Counted from the stretch's first letter, positions 47,312 through 57,973 are shown. The stretch is DNA of 64,000 bases from Nitrospirota bacterium (GCA_049325335.1 JBMOMC010000001.1:160001-224000); one strand, 5' to 3'. A program made the numbers and translations. Notes: a model not told the origin generated them from the letters alone.

Positions 47312-47710
47312 TCAGCTCTTTTGCAACTGCTGGAGCCGCTCCGTGGTGCTCACGATGTCGGTCAACCGGACCCCGAACCGCTCGTTGACCACCACGACCT
47401 CGCCGCGAGCCACCAATTTGTCCCCGACCAAGACGTCCATGGGTTCCCCCGCCATCTTTTCCAGTTCAATGATCGAGCCTTGTCCAAGCTGCAGGAGATC
47501 CCGAATCACCATCTTGGCACTGCCGAGCCGGACGCTGATCTTGAGCGGGACATCCAGGAGAAAATCCAAGTTGCCCGGCTGCGCGGTGGCGGCCTGTTGC
47601 TTGAGCGGGGCCAGCGCGGCGGGCTGCGGCGCCGTCTTGGCCTGGGCCGGCATGGCCACGACCTTGGGATCCGCCTGCAACGGCTTCTCTTTGGGAACTT
47701 CATTCCCCAT
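47312..47710 (-). CDS. fliN: C-ring protein FliN
   Basis: LLDVPLKISVRLG, GSIIEL, ARGEVVVVNERFGVR. Confidence 0.95.
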   Translation of the reverse strand: MGNEVPKEKPLQADPKVVAMPAQAKTAPQPAALAPLKQQAATAQPGNLDFLLDVPLKISVRLGSAKMVIRDLLQLGQGSIIELEKMAGEPMDVLVGDKLVARGEVVVVNERFGVRLTDIVSTTERLQQLQKS

Positions 47711-48710
47711 TGTGGTCCTCCTGGGCCTCGGTCATCACCCGGCTGATCTGCACCGCGGGTTTGCCCCGGTGTGTCCCGATCTTGCCGAGGAATTTGGGCC
47801 GTCCCTCGACGCTGACCGGCAACTCGTCGTTCACTCCTCTGTCGAGGACCACCACGTCCCCCACGGCCAACCGCCCTACGTCATTCACGTTCAACATCAC
47901 GCTCCCCAGCTCCGCCGACACGGTCGTGGTGCAGTGCTCGATCTGCTCCCGAAACCGCACGGTCCAGCTCTTGTCCACGTCGAACTGATCGGTCGAAAAC
48001 CCGCTGTACAATTTGTCGCGAATGGGTTCGATCGTCGGGTACGGCAAACAGAAAAACACGTCCCGGCTCATGTTCTGTCCCTCGCCTTCAATTTCCAACC
48101 GGAACGTCACCTTGAGCACCAGTTCGGTGGGCACCACCACCATCGCGAACTGCGGGTTGATTTCCGACCGCGCAAGCGTGACCCTCACCGGGTGCAGAGG
48201 TGCCCATGCCTTCTCTAAATCGCCTAGGAAGAGATCGAGCACTCTGGCGATGAAGCGCTGCTGGATCGGGGTAAAGTCCCGGCCCTCGGTCTTGACGTGT
48301 GTTTGACCGGTCCCTCCGAAAAAAAAATCGATCAAGAGGTAAACCAAGGTGGCGTCGAAGACCACGACCACGTGCCCTTTTAAGGGATCGACCTTCACGA
48401 TATTGATGTTGCTGGGCAACGGAATTTTTTTCATGAACTCGCCGAACTTGGTGGCTTGCACCGACACCGCGGTGAACTCGACCTGGCGCCGCAACGCAGC
48501 GGACAAGGACGCTTGGAAGAGACGCGCGAACCGTTCGTTCACGATCTCCAGGCTCGGCATCCGCCCGCGGATGATCCGTTCCTGGCTGGTGAGGTCGTAC
48601 GGCCGAGTGCCGTCGGTCGGGCCCTGCGGCTGCTCGGTCGCCACCTCCCCCGAGGCCACGCCTTTGAGCAGGGCGTCGACTTCGTCTTGGGAGAGAATCT
48701 TCTCGGCCAT
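47700..48710 (-). CDS. fliM: C-ring protein FliM
   Basis: LSQDEVDALL CheY-binding peptide; ERFAR; FGG.G; SpoA-type C-terminus. Confidence 0.96.
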   Translation of the reverse strand: MAEKILSQDEVDALLKGVASGEVATEQPQGPTDGTRPYDLTSQERIIRGRMPSLEIVNERFARLFQASLSAALRRQVEFTAVSVQATKFGEFMKKIPLPSNINIVKVDPLKGHVVVVFDATLVYLLIDFFFGGTGQTHVKTEGRDFTPIQQRFIARVLDLFLGDLEKAWAPLHPVRVTLARSEINPQFAMVVVPTELVLKVTFRLEIEGEGQNMSRDVFFCLPYPTIEPIRDKLYSGFSTDQFDVDKSWTVRFREQIEHCTTTVSAELGSVMLNVNDVGRLAVGDVVVLDRGVNDELPVSVEGRPKFLGKIGTHRGKPAVQISRVMTEAQEDHNGE

Positions 48711-48713
48711 ACG

Positions 48714-49301
48714 TTACTGCGCCACGAAGTCCGTGAAATACGCGGCCGTCACCAGGTTCGCCTCCACCACCGAGTTGACCCGCTGCACGATTTCTTCGCG
48801 CAATTCCATCTTGCCCTCAACGGTTCGGATCGCGTCCGACGTCTTGCTGCTGAGCAAGATGAGCAGGCTGTCGCGAATCTGCGGCATCCGGTCGGTGATT
48901 TTTGGCGCCTTGCCCTCGGCCACCTGCAGCATGACGCTCACCTTCAGGTATCGAATTTCCGGCGTATCCGCGAGATTGACGATGAACTGATCCAGCTCCA
49001 ATAGCTTCCCCTCGTCTTTTGCGCCGCCCGACGCGGCGCCGTGCTCCTTGGATGGGGCTTTCTCGGGTTTGCCGTGTCCTTCCTCCGCCGTAGTCTCGGG
49101 CGCGGGGGTGTCGGCTCCCGGGTCCGCCGCGTGCTCCTCGGTCGAGCCGCCCCCCTTCATGAGGAACGCGCCGCCCACCCCGCCGAGCACGGCCGAGCCC
49201 GCCACCGCGATCGCCACGATGATCATGGGCGAACGTTTCTTTTTCGGCGGCGTGGCTTTCGCGTCTTCGCCGCCTTTGTCCTTCTCGTCTTCCGCCATCA
49301 T
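48714..49301 (-). CDS. fliL: FliL
   Basis: Single TM; FIVNLAD..RYLK, IRD, GK..LREEI, YFTDFV.Q. Confidence 0.93.
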   Translation of the reverse strand: MMAEDEKDKGGEDAKATPPKKKRSPMIIVAIAVAGSAVLGGVGGAFLMKGGGSTEEHAADPGADTPAPETTAEEGHGKPEKAPSKEHGAASGGAKDEGKLLELDQFIVNLADTPEIRYLKVSVMLQVAEGKAPKITDRMPQIRDSLLILLSSKTSDAIRTVEGKMELREEIVQRVNSVVEANLVTAAYFTDFVAQ

Positions 49302-49356
49302 GTCCCTCCCCGCGACGGATCAATGCCGCGCGCGCATTACCAACCAACCGATTGCA

Positions 49357-50664
49357 TTAACGCTTCAGGTTGACCAGTTCCTGTAAAATATCGTCGGTCG
49401 TGGTGATCACCCGCGAGTTGGCTTGAAATCCGCGTTGGTATTCGATCATCTTGACGAACTCGTGGGCCAAATCCACGTTGGACAACTCGATGGATTCCGA
49501 CAAGATCTTGCCCAACCCCGCGGCATTGGCCACGCCGATGATGGGTTGCCCCGAGTCTGCGGACGCGCCGAACAGGTTATCGCCGAACGGGGTCAGCCCT
49601 TGCGTGTCGGTAAACCGCGCCAGCACCACCTGGCCCAACGTGCGGTTCTTGCCGTTGGTGAAGAGCCCGGTGATGAGACCGTCGGCGTTGATCGACACGC
49701 TCTGAAGCGATCCGGACCCATACCCGTCTTGAGTCTGCTGCAACAACGCGGAGGTCGACCCGAACTGCGTCACCCCGTCCAAACCGGTGCCGGCGTCGGT
49801 GGTAATGCTGTCGCCAAAGTCGAACGCGATGGTTTGTCCCTGGGTCGCGCCGCCAGTAAAGTCAAACCCGCCGCTTGCCAACGGGTAGGTGACCGCGCTT
49901 TCCGTGTCCAGTTCGCCGTCGGTGGTGAACGTCAAGGTGCCTTGCGCCTGCACCTCGGTGAGGCCGCTGGTGGAGTCGCTCTGATCCACGACAATGAAAT
50001 ACTGCCAGGTGTTGCCGGTGGCCGCCTCCGCGCTCTTGCGAAAGTACGCGGTGACCAGATGCCCGTTGCCTAACGAGTCGTAGACGGTGAGGCTGGTTGA
50101 GAAGTTTGAGGTGCCCGCAGCGTTGGCCGCACTGAAGGCCGCGGGAATCGCGACGCGGGAATCGAGGTTGGCGACCATGTCCACGGCGCTGGTCGGGAGC
50201 GGCGGGAACACGGTGGACGCCAGGTTCACGTCTCCGACCACGCCGGTCAAGTTCCCCGCGGGGTCGGCCTGTACCCCTTGGAGCGTCAATCCGTCCGCGT
50301 TTTCCACCATGCCGAATTGATTCACGTGAAACAACCCGGCGCGGCTGTAAAACTCCGTGCCCGCTGGGTCCCGCACCACGAAGAACCCGTTCCCGTCCAC
50401 CGCCATGTCCAGCGCGTTTCCAGTGGTTTCGAACGAGCCCTGCACGAATTGCGTGTGGACATCGTTAACGTAGACGCCACGGCCGATTTGCGACCCGGCG
50501 GATCCGCCGCCCAAGTTCTGCCCGATGATGTTCGCGAACGAGGCTTGGCTGTCCTTAAACCCGACGGTGTTGAGATTCGCGATGTTGTTGCTCACCACCG
50601 ACAACCCGGTCCCAAACGCATTCAATCCGCTGACCCCCGAAAACAACGACGTTAAAATCGCCAT
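49357..50664 (-). CDS. flgE: Hook protein FlgE
   Basis: NNIANLNTVGFK, DMAVDGNGFF, QDGY, SNVDLA.EFV.MI..QRGFQANS. Confidence 0.96.
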   Translation of the reverse strand: MAILTSLFSGVSGLNAFGTGLSVVSNNIANLNTVGFKDSQASFANIIGQNLGGGSAGSQIGRGVYVNDVHTQFVQGSFETTGNALDMAVDGNGFFVVRDPAGTEFYSRAGLFHVNQFGMVENADGLTLQGVQADPAGNLTGVVGDVNLASTVFPPLPTSAVDMVANLDSRVAIPAAFSAANAAGTSNFSTSLTVYDSLGNGHLVTAYFRKSAEAATGNTWQYFIVVDQSDSTSGLTEVQAQGTLTFTTDGELDTESAVTYPLASGGFDFTGGATQGQTIAFDFGDSITTDAGTGLDGVTQFGSTSALLQQTQDGYGSGSLQSVSINADGLITGLFTNGKNRTLGQVVLARFTDTQGLTPFGDNLFGASADSGQPIIGVANAAGLGKILSESIELSNVDLAHEFVKMIEYQRGFQANSRVITTTDDILQELVNLKR

Positions 50665-50745
50665 GTCTGGTCTCTCCTCCCCATAGTCCTTCGTTGCCCA
50701 TCCGACGCCGGCTGCGCGCCGGGCCGACTCGTCACCTCGTCTTGC

Positions 50746-51375
50746 CTACTCCGCGATCGCCAGCACGTCCGACGCGGGCACACGTTCCCCATTCACTGTC
50801 AACGACACCACCCCGTTGTCCGTGCTCACCCCGGTGACTCTCCCGACCGTAAATTGGGCGCTGCGCACCGGCTCGCTCGCCGCATTCACCGCGCCGACTT
50901 CGTACGTGTACGCGCCGTTCGGCAACAGCCGACCGTTCCCGTCACGCCCGTCCCACGACACGGTGTGCGACCCCGCGTCCTGGGCCCCGACGTCGAGCAG
51001 CCGGACGGTGGACCCCGCCGAATCCACCACGCGGATCCCCACGCGCGCCGCGGTCTCGTCCAAGCGGTAGCGCAACGACGCCGGCCGCTCGGACCCGAGC
51101 GCCACGCCGTTCCCGGACACTTGCACTTCCCGCCCCAACAACCCGGCCGCGCCGTAGGTGTTGAGCGCCGCCAGATAGTCGAGCGACGAGTCCATCCGTT
51201 GATTGAGATCCGTGGTTTGCTCCAACTGGCTGAACTGCGCGAGTTGCGTGACAAACTCCGTGTTATCCATCGGATTGAGCGGATCCTGGTACTGCAATTG
51301 GGTGGTGAGCAGCCGCAGGAACGCATGTTCTCCCATCGCCTTGAGCCCCACCGCCTGCGCGCCGTCCATCGCCAT
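50746..51375 (-). CDS. flgD: Hook capping protein FlgD
   Basis: FLRLLTTQLQYQDPLNPMDN.EF..QLAQFS; WDG; GAGGAGG RBS. Confidence 0.93.
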   Translation of the reverse strand: MAMDGAQAVGLKAMGEHAFLRLLTTQLQYQDPLNPMDNTEFVTQLAQFSQLEQTTDLNQRMDSSLDYLAALNTYGAAGLLGREVQVSGNGVALGSERPASLRYRLDETAARVGIRVVDSAGSTVRLLDVGAQDAGSHTVSWDGRDGNGRLLPNGAYTYEVGAVNAASEPVRSAQFTVGRVTGVSTDNGVVSLTVNGERVPASDVLAIAE

Positions 51376-51415
51376 CTCGTTCCTCCTCATCACCGCGGCC
51401 TACGGCCTGCCGCGC

Positions 51416-52807
51416 TCACACATACACGTTGACCGCGTGCCGCGCTCCCGCGTCGGCCCACGCCGTCCATCTCATCGCGGCCGCGTTCGGCTCCGTCCGC
51501 GGCGTCGCCCACTCCGGCGCCCGCTCGCGTCCGGGCCATGACTCGCGCCCGAAATCCCACGAACGATTCGGCAAGTGTTGGCCCGCGTCCCCCACGCTCA
51601 CGGACAACCGATCCACGCGGAGCCCGTAGTCCGAGAGGGCTTGCCTGAGTTCGCTCTGATGTTGTTGGAAGAGATCCCGCATCAACGGATGGCTGGTCAG
51701 AATGTCCGCGCTCACGCGCTGATCCTGGACCACGACCTGCACGCGCACCGAGCCGAACTCGTCCGGTTCGAGTTGTACGCTCCACGCGTGCGCGTCGTCG
51801 CTCCGCATGGTCTGAACCCGCTCGACCAGGCCGCGCGCGACGGTTTGCATGGCGTCGACCGAGGACACCCGCGCGGACGATTCCGCCGGCACGCCCGCCT
51901 CAACCGGGGTATCGACGACCGCAGTACCCGCGGGCGACTCGATCCATTCGCCCGCGAAGCGCTCGGACGCGGACGGCCTCGTGTCCACCGCGGATCCCGG
52001 CGCCAGGCGGCGATCGCCGCCAACACCGGCGTGATGCGGCGCCTCCTGCTCGCGCCCGTTTGAGCCGAGCGGATCATCGGACCTCGATGCGGTGTGCTCG
52101 ACGATTGCTGGCACCTCACCGGCGTTGCCCGCGTCACCCGCGCTCGCGACCTTGGCTTGGGACCCAGACGATCCGTCCCCGCCCCCCGGAGCCGGCTCGT
52201 GACCCGACAGCGGAGCCGAGCGCGGAACAGCCGTTGAGTCGAGCGTTCCGCTGGACCCGACACTCACCTTGTCAACCGAGGGTTCGACCGTGTCCACCCG
52301 CTCGAACAGCGCCGCATCAACCGGTCCTTGGGTTGACGGCGTCACGGGTTTGATCAGTTCTACCGAGCGCGCGGCGTCATGACGGTCGGACGTTTCCATA
52401 CCGAACGCGCCTTTAATGTCTACGGGGATCGTGATGCCGTCGGCGACCGCGGCAGATGCCTGGGTTTCGACGACATCAGCGCCTGGGACAAGGGGCAGGA
52501 CCAGCGTGGCCGTCGTGAATGGGGCAAGCGCCGCCGTCGGCGCAACCACTGGTCCGGATTCATCCGAACCGGTGGTTGTCTGGTCCATGGTCTCAGACAA
52601 GGGCTCAGGGACGGTGTCGTTCTCCGGTTCAGTCCCCGTCACTGGATCAGAGACCGGGGACGCCTCGGCAGCGGTCGATTCAGAAACCGCGTCCCACTCG
52701 TGGGCAAACGACGATGAGGTCTTGTCGGGCGCCGCCGAGCCATTCGACTGACCCGCCCGGACCGGCTCAGGCGAACACCCCATGATGGGAAGGCCGCACC
52801 CGATCAT
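51416..52807 (-). CDS. fliK: Hook-length control protein FliK
   Basis: Low-complexity N-terminus; C-terminal QLEPDEFGSVRVQV...LRQAL...GL; start uncertain. Confidence 0.82.
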   Translation of the reverse strand: MIGCGLPIMGCSPEPVRAGQSNGSAAPDKTSSSFAHEWDAVSESTAAEASPVSDPVTGTEPENDTVPEPLSETMDQTTTGSDESGPVVAPTAALAPFTTATLVLPLVPGADVVETQASAAVADGITIPVDIKGAFGMETSDRHDAARSVELIKPVTPSTQGPVDAALFERVDTVEPSVDKVSVGSSGTLDSTAVPRSAPLSGHEPAPGGGDGSSGSQAKVASAGDAGNAGEVPAIVEHTASRSDDPLGSNGREQEAPHHAGVGGDRRLAPGSAVDTRPSASERFAGEWIESPAGTAVVDTPVEAGVPAESSARVSSVDAMQTVARGLVERVQTMRSDDAHAWSVQLEPDEFGSVRVQVVVQDQRVSADILTSHPLMRDLFQQHQSELRQALSDYGLRVDRLSVSVGDAGQHLPNRSWDFGRESWPGRERAPEWATPRTEPNAAAMRWTAWADAGARHAVNVYV

Positions 52808-52867
52808 CTCGATATCCCGATTTTGACTACTGAACGCATAACACCCCACCGAGTCAGCGGAGGTAAT

Positions 52868-52883
52868 AGCAAGACACGTACCA
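52868..52883 (-). promoter_or_regulatory. Putative sigma54 promoter of the fliK-fliA operon
   Basis: TGGTACGTGTCTTGCT = GG-N10-GC. Confidence 0.7.
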
Positions 52884-53022
52884 CCCGCCGTTCGGCATTC
52901 AGTGACGCTCTGGCACTCGTGAGACGCGCCGGGTGATCCGATGGTCAGGACACTAGGTCGTTCTTGCCTATCAACTCGGAAGAGTTTGCCAGCGTATGCC
53001 CGTTGAAGTTGGGACAAGACGC

Positions 53023-53088
53023 TCGTCAAGTCCATGACGATGGCAGTCAATCAATTGACGAACGTATACGATCGTCAACAAATGTCAC
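53023..53088. promoter_or_regulatory. Putative enhancer (UAS) boxes, GTCA-N6-TGAC, FleQ-like
   Basis: TCGTCA-AGTCCA-TGACGA (53023-53040), GTCAATCAATTGAC (53046-53059), and partial GTCAACAAATGTCAC (53074-53088). Confidence 0.6.
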
Positions 53089-53160
53089 ACTGGAGTTCGT
53101 GGTGAGACGGCATTGCACAGCGGGATCACTGTTTCGTCTGGCGAGATGCTTGTTTACTTT

Positions 53161-53173
53161 CAACCCACTGATT
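53161..53173 (-). promoter_or_regulatory. Possible IHF site in an AT-rich tract
   Basis: AATCAGTGGGTTG matches WATCAR-N4-TTR and lies between the boxes and the rightward sigma54 promoter. Confidence 0.4.
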
Positions 53174-53290
53174 TATTGATAGCTATATGCATCAATAACA
53201 GCTCGTGTAATCACCGCCACCTATAGTATGGAGTCTTCAACTCCTGTGGCCTTCTCGTGCCAAGCCTTGATGAAATACGAAGCAATTTCG

Positions 53291-53306
53291 TGGCATCGCT
53301 TTTGCT
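53291..53306 (+). promoter_or_regulatory. Putative sigma54 promoter of the TPR-activator-flgB operon
   Basis: TGGCATCGCTTTTGCT = GG-N10-GC. Confidence 0.72.
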
Positions 53307-53324
53307 TTACGAGCACATGACGCT

Positions 53325-55289
53325 ATGGACAGCTTGTTGATCGTGCGTGGATGGATCGTCGTCGGACTGGTCCTTGGCATCATGGGGGCCGGGGAGCCGT
53401 CCCCCGTGTCGGCTGCAAACACGGCCCGGCAAGAACTGCCCCTGATTCCCGCGGGGCTGTCCGCGCAGGACCGCGCGGCGCTTCAACCGATTCTGTCCGC
53501 GGTTGAAACCGGCGAGTGGAACCAGGCCCTCCACACCACCCTGACACTCCGCCAACGACCGGAACCCCTGACCACGGCGCTCGATGAGTTCACCGCGTTT
53601 CTCGTCGGCGACCTGTACGCGCGTCGCGCGGCCGCGGGTGATGCTCGGCTCGCGCTGCGCGCGTTCGAGGACGCACGACGGACATTCCCCGATTCCGACA
53701 ACGCGGTCCGCGCCCTCTGGCGGATCGGACAAATTTATGCGGCCATGGATCTGGCCCAGGAAGCCATCGCCAGCTTTAAGCGCACCGCCGCCGGCAAGAC
53801 CCAGACGCCCTTCGCGATCTTGGCGCAACTGGACCTCGGCGACCTCTATCGCAACTGGGAGCAGTGGCCCGAGGCCGACGACGTGTATCGCAAACTCCGC
53901 GCGCTGAAGGTGCCGCCGGCCGAACGTATCCGGGCCGTGTTGGGGTCCGCGGAAATCGCGTCGCGCATGGGCCGCACGGAAGACGCGTACCGAATGTACC
54001 GGGACATTGAATCCGAAACCAGAGAAAACGCCGCGGGCCTATTCTCCTTCGCCGAAACCGCGTACCGCACCAAGCGGTACGAACAGGCCCGCAACCTGTT
54101 CCTCGCGTTTTACAACATCTATTCCCAAGATCCGTTGGCGCCGGTGGCGTATGCCTTTGTGGCGGACACGCTCCGCATCAACAAACACACCCGGAACGCG
54201 GAACTGGCCTACGACGAGATTATCGCCCGGCCCGCGGAATCACTGGGAGACAAACTCGGTCTGCTCATGGCCGCCATGGGGAAACGGCAACTGCGAGGGT
54301 GCGCGCCCATCCCCTCGGGATTCGACGACGAGCCGTGCCGCGGCAAGGACAAGACCGAACACAATCCGTTATGGGTCGCGCGCGATTTGGCTACGCAGGC
54401 GAGCGCATTGATTCGGGAACGACCGGCCGACCCCATCCTGCGTCGCCTGGTCTTTAATGTCGCCACGTCGCTGCGAGGCTACGGGTTAATCGACGACGCG
54501 CTCCAACTCCACCACGCCATCGTGCTCGGACTGCCGCCGTCCCCCATGAAGGATCGCCTCAATACGATTCTTCGCGACACCGCAGAAGCCGCGGTCCAAT
54601 TACACGTGCAGGCCCAGGACGATTTCGGCGCGGTGCGGGTATTCTACGCGTACCGATCCGCGTTTACTTCGGACGCCATGACCGGCCGGATCGGGTTGTC
54701 CATCGCCGAGAGCCACGCACGGCTCGGACTGATTGCCCAAGCCATTGAGTTGGCGGGCCCGATCGCCGCGAACCGTCCGCGATTTCAGGGTGAAGAGGCC
54801 CTATACATCCTGGCGGACGGGTATCGCCGCCGCGGCGAATACGACCGGGCCCAACTGCGTTTTGGACAGTACCTGAACCGTTATCCGGGAAGTCCCAGGT
54901 CCGCGGATGCGTTCGTGCACTGGGTTCACGTGGTAGAACGCCAAGGACCGGCCCAGGACACGTTCCTGCGGTATCAGGCGTGGATCAATCAATACGGAGG
55001 GACCGCCGGGGGCGGCCATGTCGCGTTGCGCGTGGCCGACTCCCTCGGCAACGCGGCCTATGTGGACGGCCGGTACCCGGACGCGGTCCGTTACTACCAG
55101 GCCGCGCTCTCCGCACCCGCGGAGGCAGATCGCGCGTGGGCGCAACTCCAATTCGGCAACAGTCTGCTGGCGAGCGGGCACCGCGAGCGCGGACTAGCCG
55201 CGCTCACAACCGCCGCGGCGGGTCCGCCCAATTCACTGACCGCCCGCTTTGCCGCGCTCAAGATGCAGGACGCCCTGGAGGCAAAATGA
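53325..55289 (+). CDS. Exported TPR-repeat protein, flagellum-associated, function unknown
   Basis: N-terminal hydrophobic/signal segment; BamD/YfiO-like TPR motifs (FPDSDNAVRALWRIG, YPGSPRSADA). Confidence 0.7.
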   Translation: MDSLLIVRGWIVVGLVLGIMGAGEPSPVSAANTARQELPLIPAGLSAQDRAALQPILSAVETGEWNQALHTTLTLRQRPEPLTTALDEFTAFLVGDLYARRAAAGDARLALRAFEDARRTFPDSDNAVRALWRIGQIYAAMDLAQEAIASFKRTAAGKTQTPFAILAQLDLGDLYRNWEQWPEADDVYRKLRALKVPPAERIRAVLGSAEIASRMGRTEDAYRMYRDIESETRENAAGLFSFAETAYRTKRYEQARNLFLAFYNIYSQDPLAPVAYAFVADTLRINKHTRNAELAYDEIIARPAESLGDKLGLLMAAMGKRQLRGCAPIPSGFDDEPCRGKDKTEHNPLWVARDLATQASALIRERPADPILRRLVFNVATSLRGYGLIDDALQLHHAIVLGLPPSPMKDRLNTILRDTAEAAVQLHVQAQDDFGAVRVFYAYRSAFTSDAMTGRIGLSIAESHARLGLIAQAIELAGPIAANRPRFQGEEALYILADGYRRRGEYDRAQLRFGQYLNRYPGSPRSADAFVHWVHVVERQGPAQDTFLRYQAWINQYGGTAGGGHVALRVADSLGNAAYVDGRYPDAVRYYQAALSAPAEADRAWAQLQFGNSLLASGHRERGLAALTTAAAGPPNSLTARFAALKMQDALEAK

Positions 55290-55341
55290 GCACCGTCCCT
55301 GACACCGCCCGATCCACTTGGGGCTTTCCGGAGGAGAGAGC

Positions 55342-56790
55342 ATGACGCAAGTCGGCCAGAAACCGATCGTGGTGGTTGACGATGATCCGCAGGTCTGCGC
55401 GCTGCTCGCGTTAATGTTGCGACGCATCGGGCACACGGTGTTGTCCGCCGCGGACGGCGAAGAAGCCCTCGCCCTGATTGATCGACACCCCACGGCCTTG
55501 GTCGTGGCCGATATGTCGTTGCCGGGTATGAGCGGGATCGAGCTGTTTCACGCGGTCAAACAGCGCCGCCCCGGGCTGCCGTTCATCTTTATCTCGGGCG
55601 TCGGCACGATCGAAGGCGCAGTAGACGCCATGAAATCGGGGGGCGTGGACTTTCTGGTCAAACCGATCTCGCAGGAAACCATCGCGACCGTGGTCCGCCG
55701 GGTCTTGCACCCGCAACTCGCCGGACCCGGGCAACCGCCCGGCGCAGGAACCAAGGGCGTCTTGACCCGCGACCCCGGCATGCTCAAAACCCTCAAAATG
55801 GCGCAAACCGTGGCCGCGAGCCACGCCACGATCCTGATCGAAGGCGAAAGCGGGACCGGGAAAGAACTACTGGCCCGGTTTATCTACGAACACAGCTCGC
55901 GCGCCGACCGGCCGTTCGTGGCGATCAACTGCGCCGCGGTGCCGGAAGGGCTCATGGAAAGCGAATTGTTCGGGTACGAAAAGGGCGCGTTCACCGGCGC
56001 GGTGGCCAAAAAACCCGGTCGCTTCGAGCTCGCCCACACCGGCACGCTCTTGTTGGATGAAATCGGCGAATTACCCGTGTTCCTGCAAAGCAAACTCCTG
56101 CGCGTGCTCCAGGAACGAGAGGTCGATGTGTTGGGCGGAAAACGGCCGCTTGCGCTCGACGTGCGCGTGATCGCCAGCACCAACCGCTCGTTGTGGGAAG
56201 AGGTCAAGGCTGGGCGGTTCCGCGAGGACCTGTACTACCGGCTCAACGTGTTCCCGCTGCGTGTGCCGCCGCTGCGACAGCGGCCCGGGGATATCCCGTT
56301 GCTGGTGGAACACTTTGTCGCGCGCGCGTGTGAAGAGCACCGCAAGCCCCGGCTGGCCATCGCGCCCGACGCGATGGCCTCGCTCGCCGCCCGCGAGTGG
56401 CGCGGCAACATTCGTGAGCTGCAAAACGTGGTGGGACGGGCGGTGTTGCTGGCCGAAGACGGCGTGATCGCGCCGGAACACGTGTTCGCGGGCCAAGAGC
56501 CCCAGGCCGCGCCGTCCACCGCGTTTCGACCCGGCACCACCGTGTGGGAAGCCGAGCGGAATCTGATCCTCGCGACGCTGGAGCGCGTCGGGGGCAACCG
56601 AACCCACGCGGCCAAAATCCTCGGCATCAGCATCCGAACCTTACGCAACAAACTGCACCAGTACCGGGGCATCGCGTCCGCCGGAGCCGATCTCCATCCC
56701 GTCCCTCCTGCGGCCGGAACCGGTCGCGGGGAAACCGCCGGCGAGGCCGCCAACAACGAGTCGTGGTGGCCCCGCGTGGTAGGGTTCTGA
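55342..56790 (+). CDS. Sigma54-dependent response regulator (REC-AAA+-HTH), FlrC/FleR-like
   Basis: [75 protein letters not shown]. Confidence 0.93.
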   Translation: MTQVGQKPIVVVDDDPQVCALLALMLRRIGHTVLSAADGEEALALIDRHPTALVVADMSLPGMSGIELFHAVKQRRPGLPFIFISGVGTIEGAVDAMKSGGVDFLVKPISQETIATVVRRVLHPQLAGPGQPPGAGTKGVLTRDPGMLKTLKMAQTVAASHATILIEGESGTGKELLARFIYEHSSRADRPFVAINCAAVPEGLMESELFGYEKGAFTGAVAKKPGRFELAHTGTLLLDEIGELPVFLQSKLLRVLQEREVDVLGGKRPLALDVRVIASTNRSLWEEVKAGRFREDLYYRLNVFPLRVPPLRQRPGDIPLLVEHFVARACEEHRKPRLAIAPDAMASLAAREWRGNIRELQNVVGRAVLLAEDGVIAPEHVFAGQEPQAAPSTAFRPGTTVWEAERNLILATLERVGGNRTHAAKILGISIRTLRNKLHQYRGIASAGADLHPVPPAAGTGRGETAGEAANNESWWPRVVGF

Positions 56791-56791
56791 C

Positions 56792-57190
56792 GTGCCCATC
56801 CACGCGTTCGACCACACCATGGGCCTGCTCGCCCGATTTCTCGACGGGAGCGCCGCCAAACACCACGCCATCGCCTCCAACCTGGCCAACCAGGATACGC
56901 CGGGCTACCGGGCGGTGGACGTCTCGTTTCAGAGCGCGTTGACCGACGCGTCGGGCGCCGCGCTCGCGCCTCTCGCCACCCAGCCGGGGCACGTGGCGGC
57001 CGCGCCAACGGCGTTTGCCGGAATCACCACGACCGCCGACGCCCACACCACGCGACTGGACGGCAACACCGTCAGCGTGGAGCACGAGATGGCCAAATTG
57101 GCGGAAAACACGTTGCTGTACCAAACCGGCGCCGAACTCTTGTCCGCAAAATTTCGTCTGCTCAAAACCGCGATCAGAGAAGGGAGATAA
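56792..57190 (+). CDS. flgB: Rod protein FlgB
   Basis: ASNLANQDTPGYRAVDV.F; DGNTV..E.EM. Confidence 0.93.
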   Translation: MPIHAFDHTMGLLARFLDGSAAKHHAIASNLANQDTPGYRAVDVSFQSALTDASGAALAPLATQPGHVAAAPTAFAGITTTADAHTTRLDGNTVSVEHEMAKLAENTLLYQTGAELLSAKFRLLKTAIREGR

Positions 57191-57193
57191 CCC

Positions 57194-57631
57194 ATGAGTT
57201 TTGACCACGCATTTTCCGTGTTGGCCTCGGGCCTCGAGGCCCAACGCGCGCGACTCGCCGCGGTATCCAGCAATTTGGCGAACGTGCAGACCACGCGCAC
57301 GCCCGAGGGCGGGCCGTACCGTCGTCAAGACGTGGTGTTTACCGCCGCGCCGGTGGAGCCCTCGTTCGAAGGCGCGTTGTCCTCGCAGCTTGAGGCGTTG
57401 GATCGGGGCGTGGAAGTCTCCGCGGTGGTCAAGGACCCACGGCCGTTTAAAAGCGTGTATGAACCCGGGCACCCCGACGCAAACGAGGATGGGTACGTGC
57501 AGTATCCCAACATCAATCCCATGGAAGAAATGGTCAACATGATGTCCGCGCTCCGGTCCTATGAAGCCAATGTCACGGCCGTGAACGCAACCAAGAGCAT
57601 GGCCATGAAAGCCTTGGACATCGGCCGGTAA
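57194..57631 (+). CDS. flgC: Rod protein FlgC
   Basis: SNLANVQTT, GPYRR, Y.PGHPDA..DGYV..PNIN..EEM, RSYEAN. Confidence 0.96.
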   Translation: MSFDHAFSVLASGLEAQRARLAAVSSNLANVQTTRTPEGGPYRRQDVVFTAAPVEPSFEGALSSQLEALDRGVEVSAVVKDPRPFKSVYEPGHPDANEDGYVQYPNINPMEEMVNMMSALRSYEANVTAVNATKSMAMKALDIGR

Positions 57632-57657
57632 CGGGCATCGCGACAGGAGACCTCCCG

Positions 57658-57948
57658 ATGGATATTTCACGAATCGGCCCAGCCATCCCGCCTGCGACGG
57701 CGGCGCCGCCCGCGACCGCCGCGGACGGTCCCGCGTTCGGCGCCGCGTTGGCGGAATCCATCGGACGCGTCGACCACAGCTTGCAGGGAGCCGACCAGGC
57801 GATCACGGCGTTGGCCACGGGACAGTCCGACCATATCCACCAGGCCATGATCGCGGTGGAACAGGCCGGGATCAGCTTGGAGTTGATGCTCCAGATCCGC
57901 AACAAGATTATCGCCGCCTACGACGAAATCAGCCGGATGCAGATGTAG
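57658..57948 (+). CDS. fliE: FliE
   Basis: HQAMIA.EQA...L.LQIRNK...AY.EI.RMQM. Confidence 0.93.
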   Translation: MDISRIGPAIPPATAAPPATAADGPAFGAALAESIGRVDHSLQGADQAITALATGQSDHIHQAMIAVEQAGISLELMLQIRNKIIAAYDEISRMQM

Positions 57949-57973
57949 GCGCTCCGTCGCGTAAACGCGCGGC

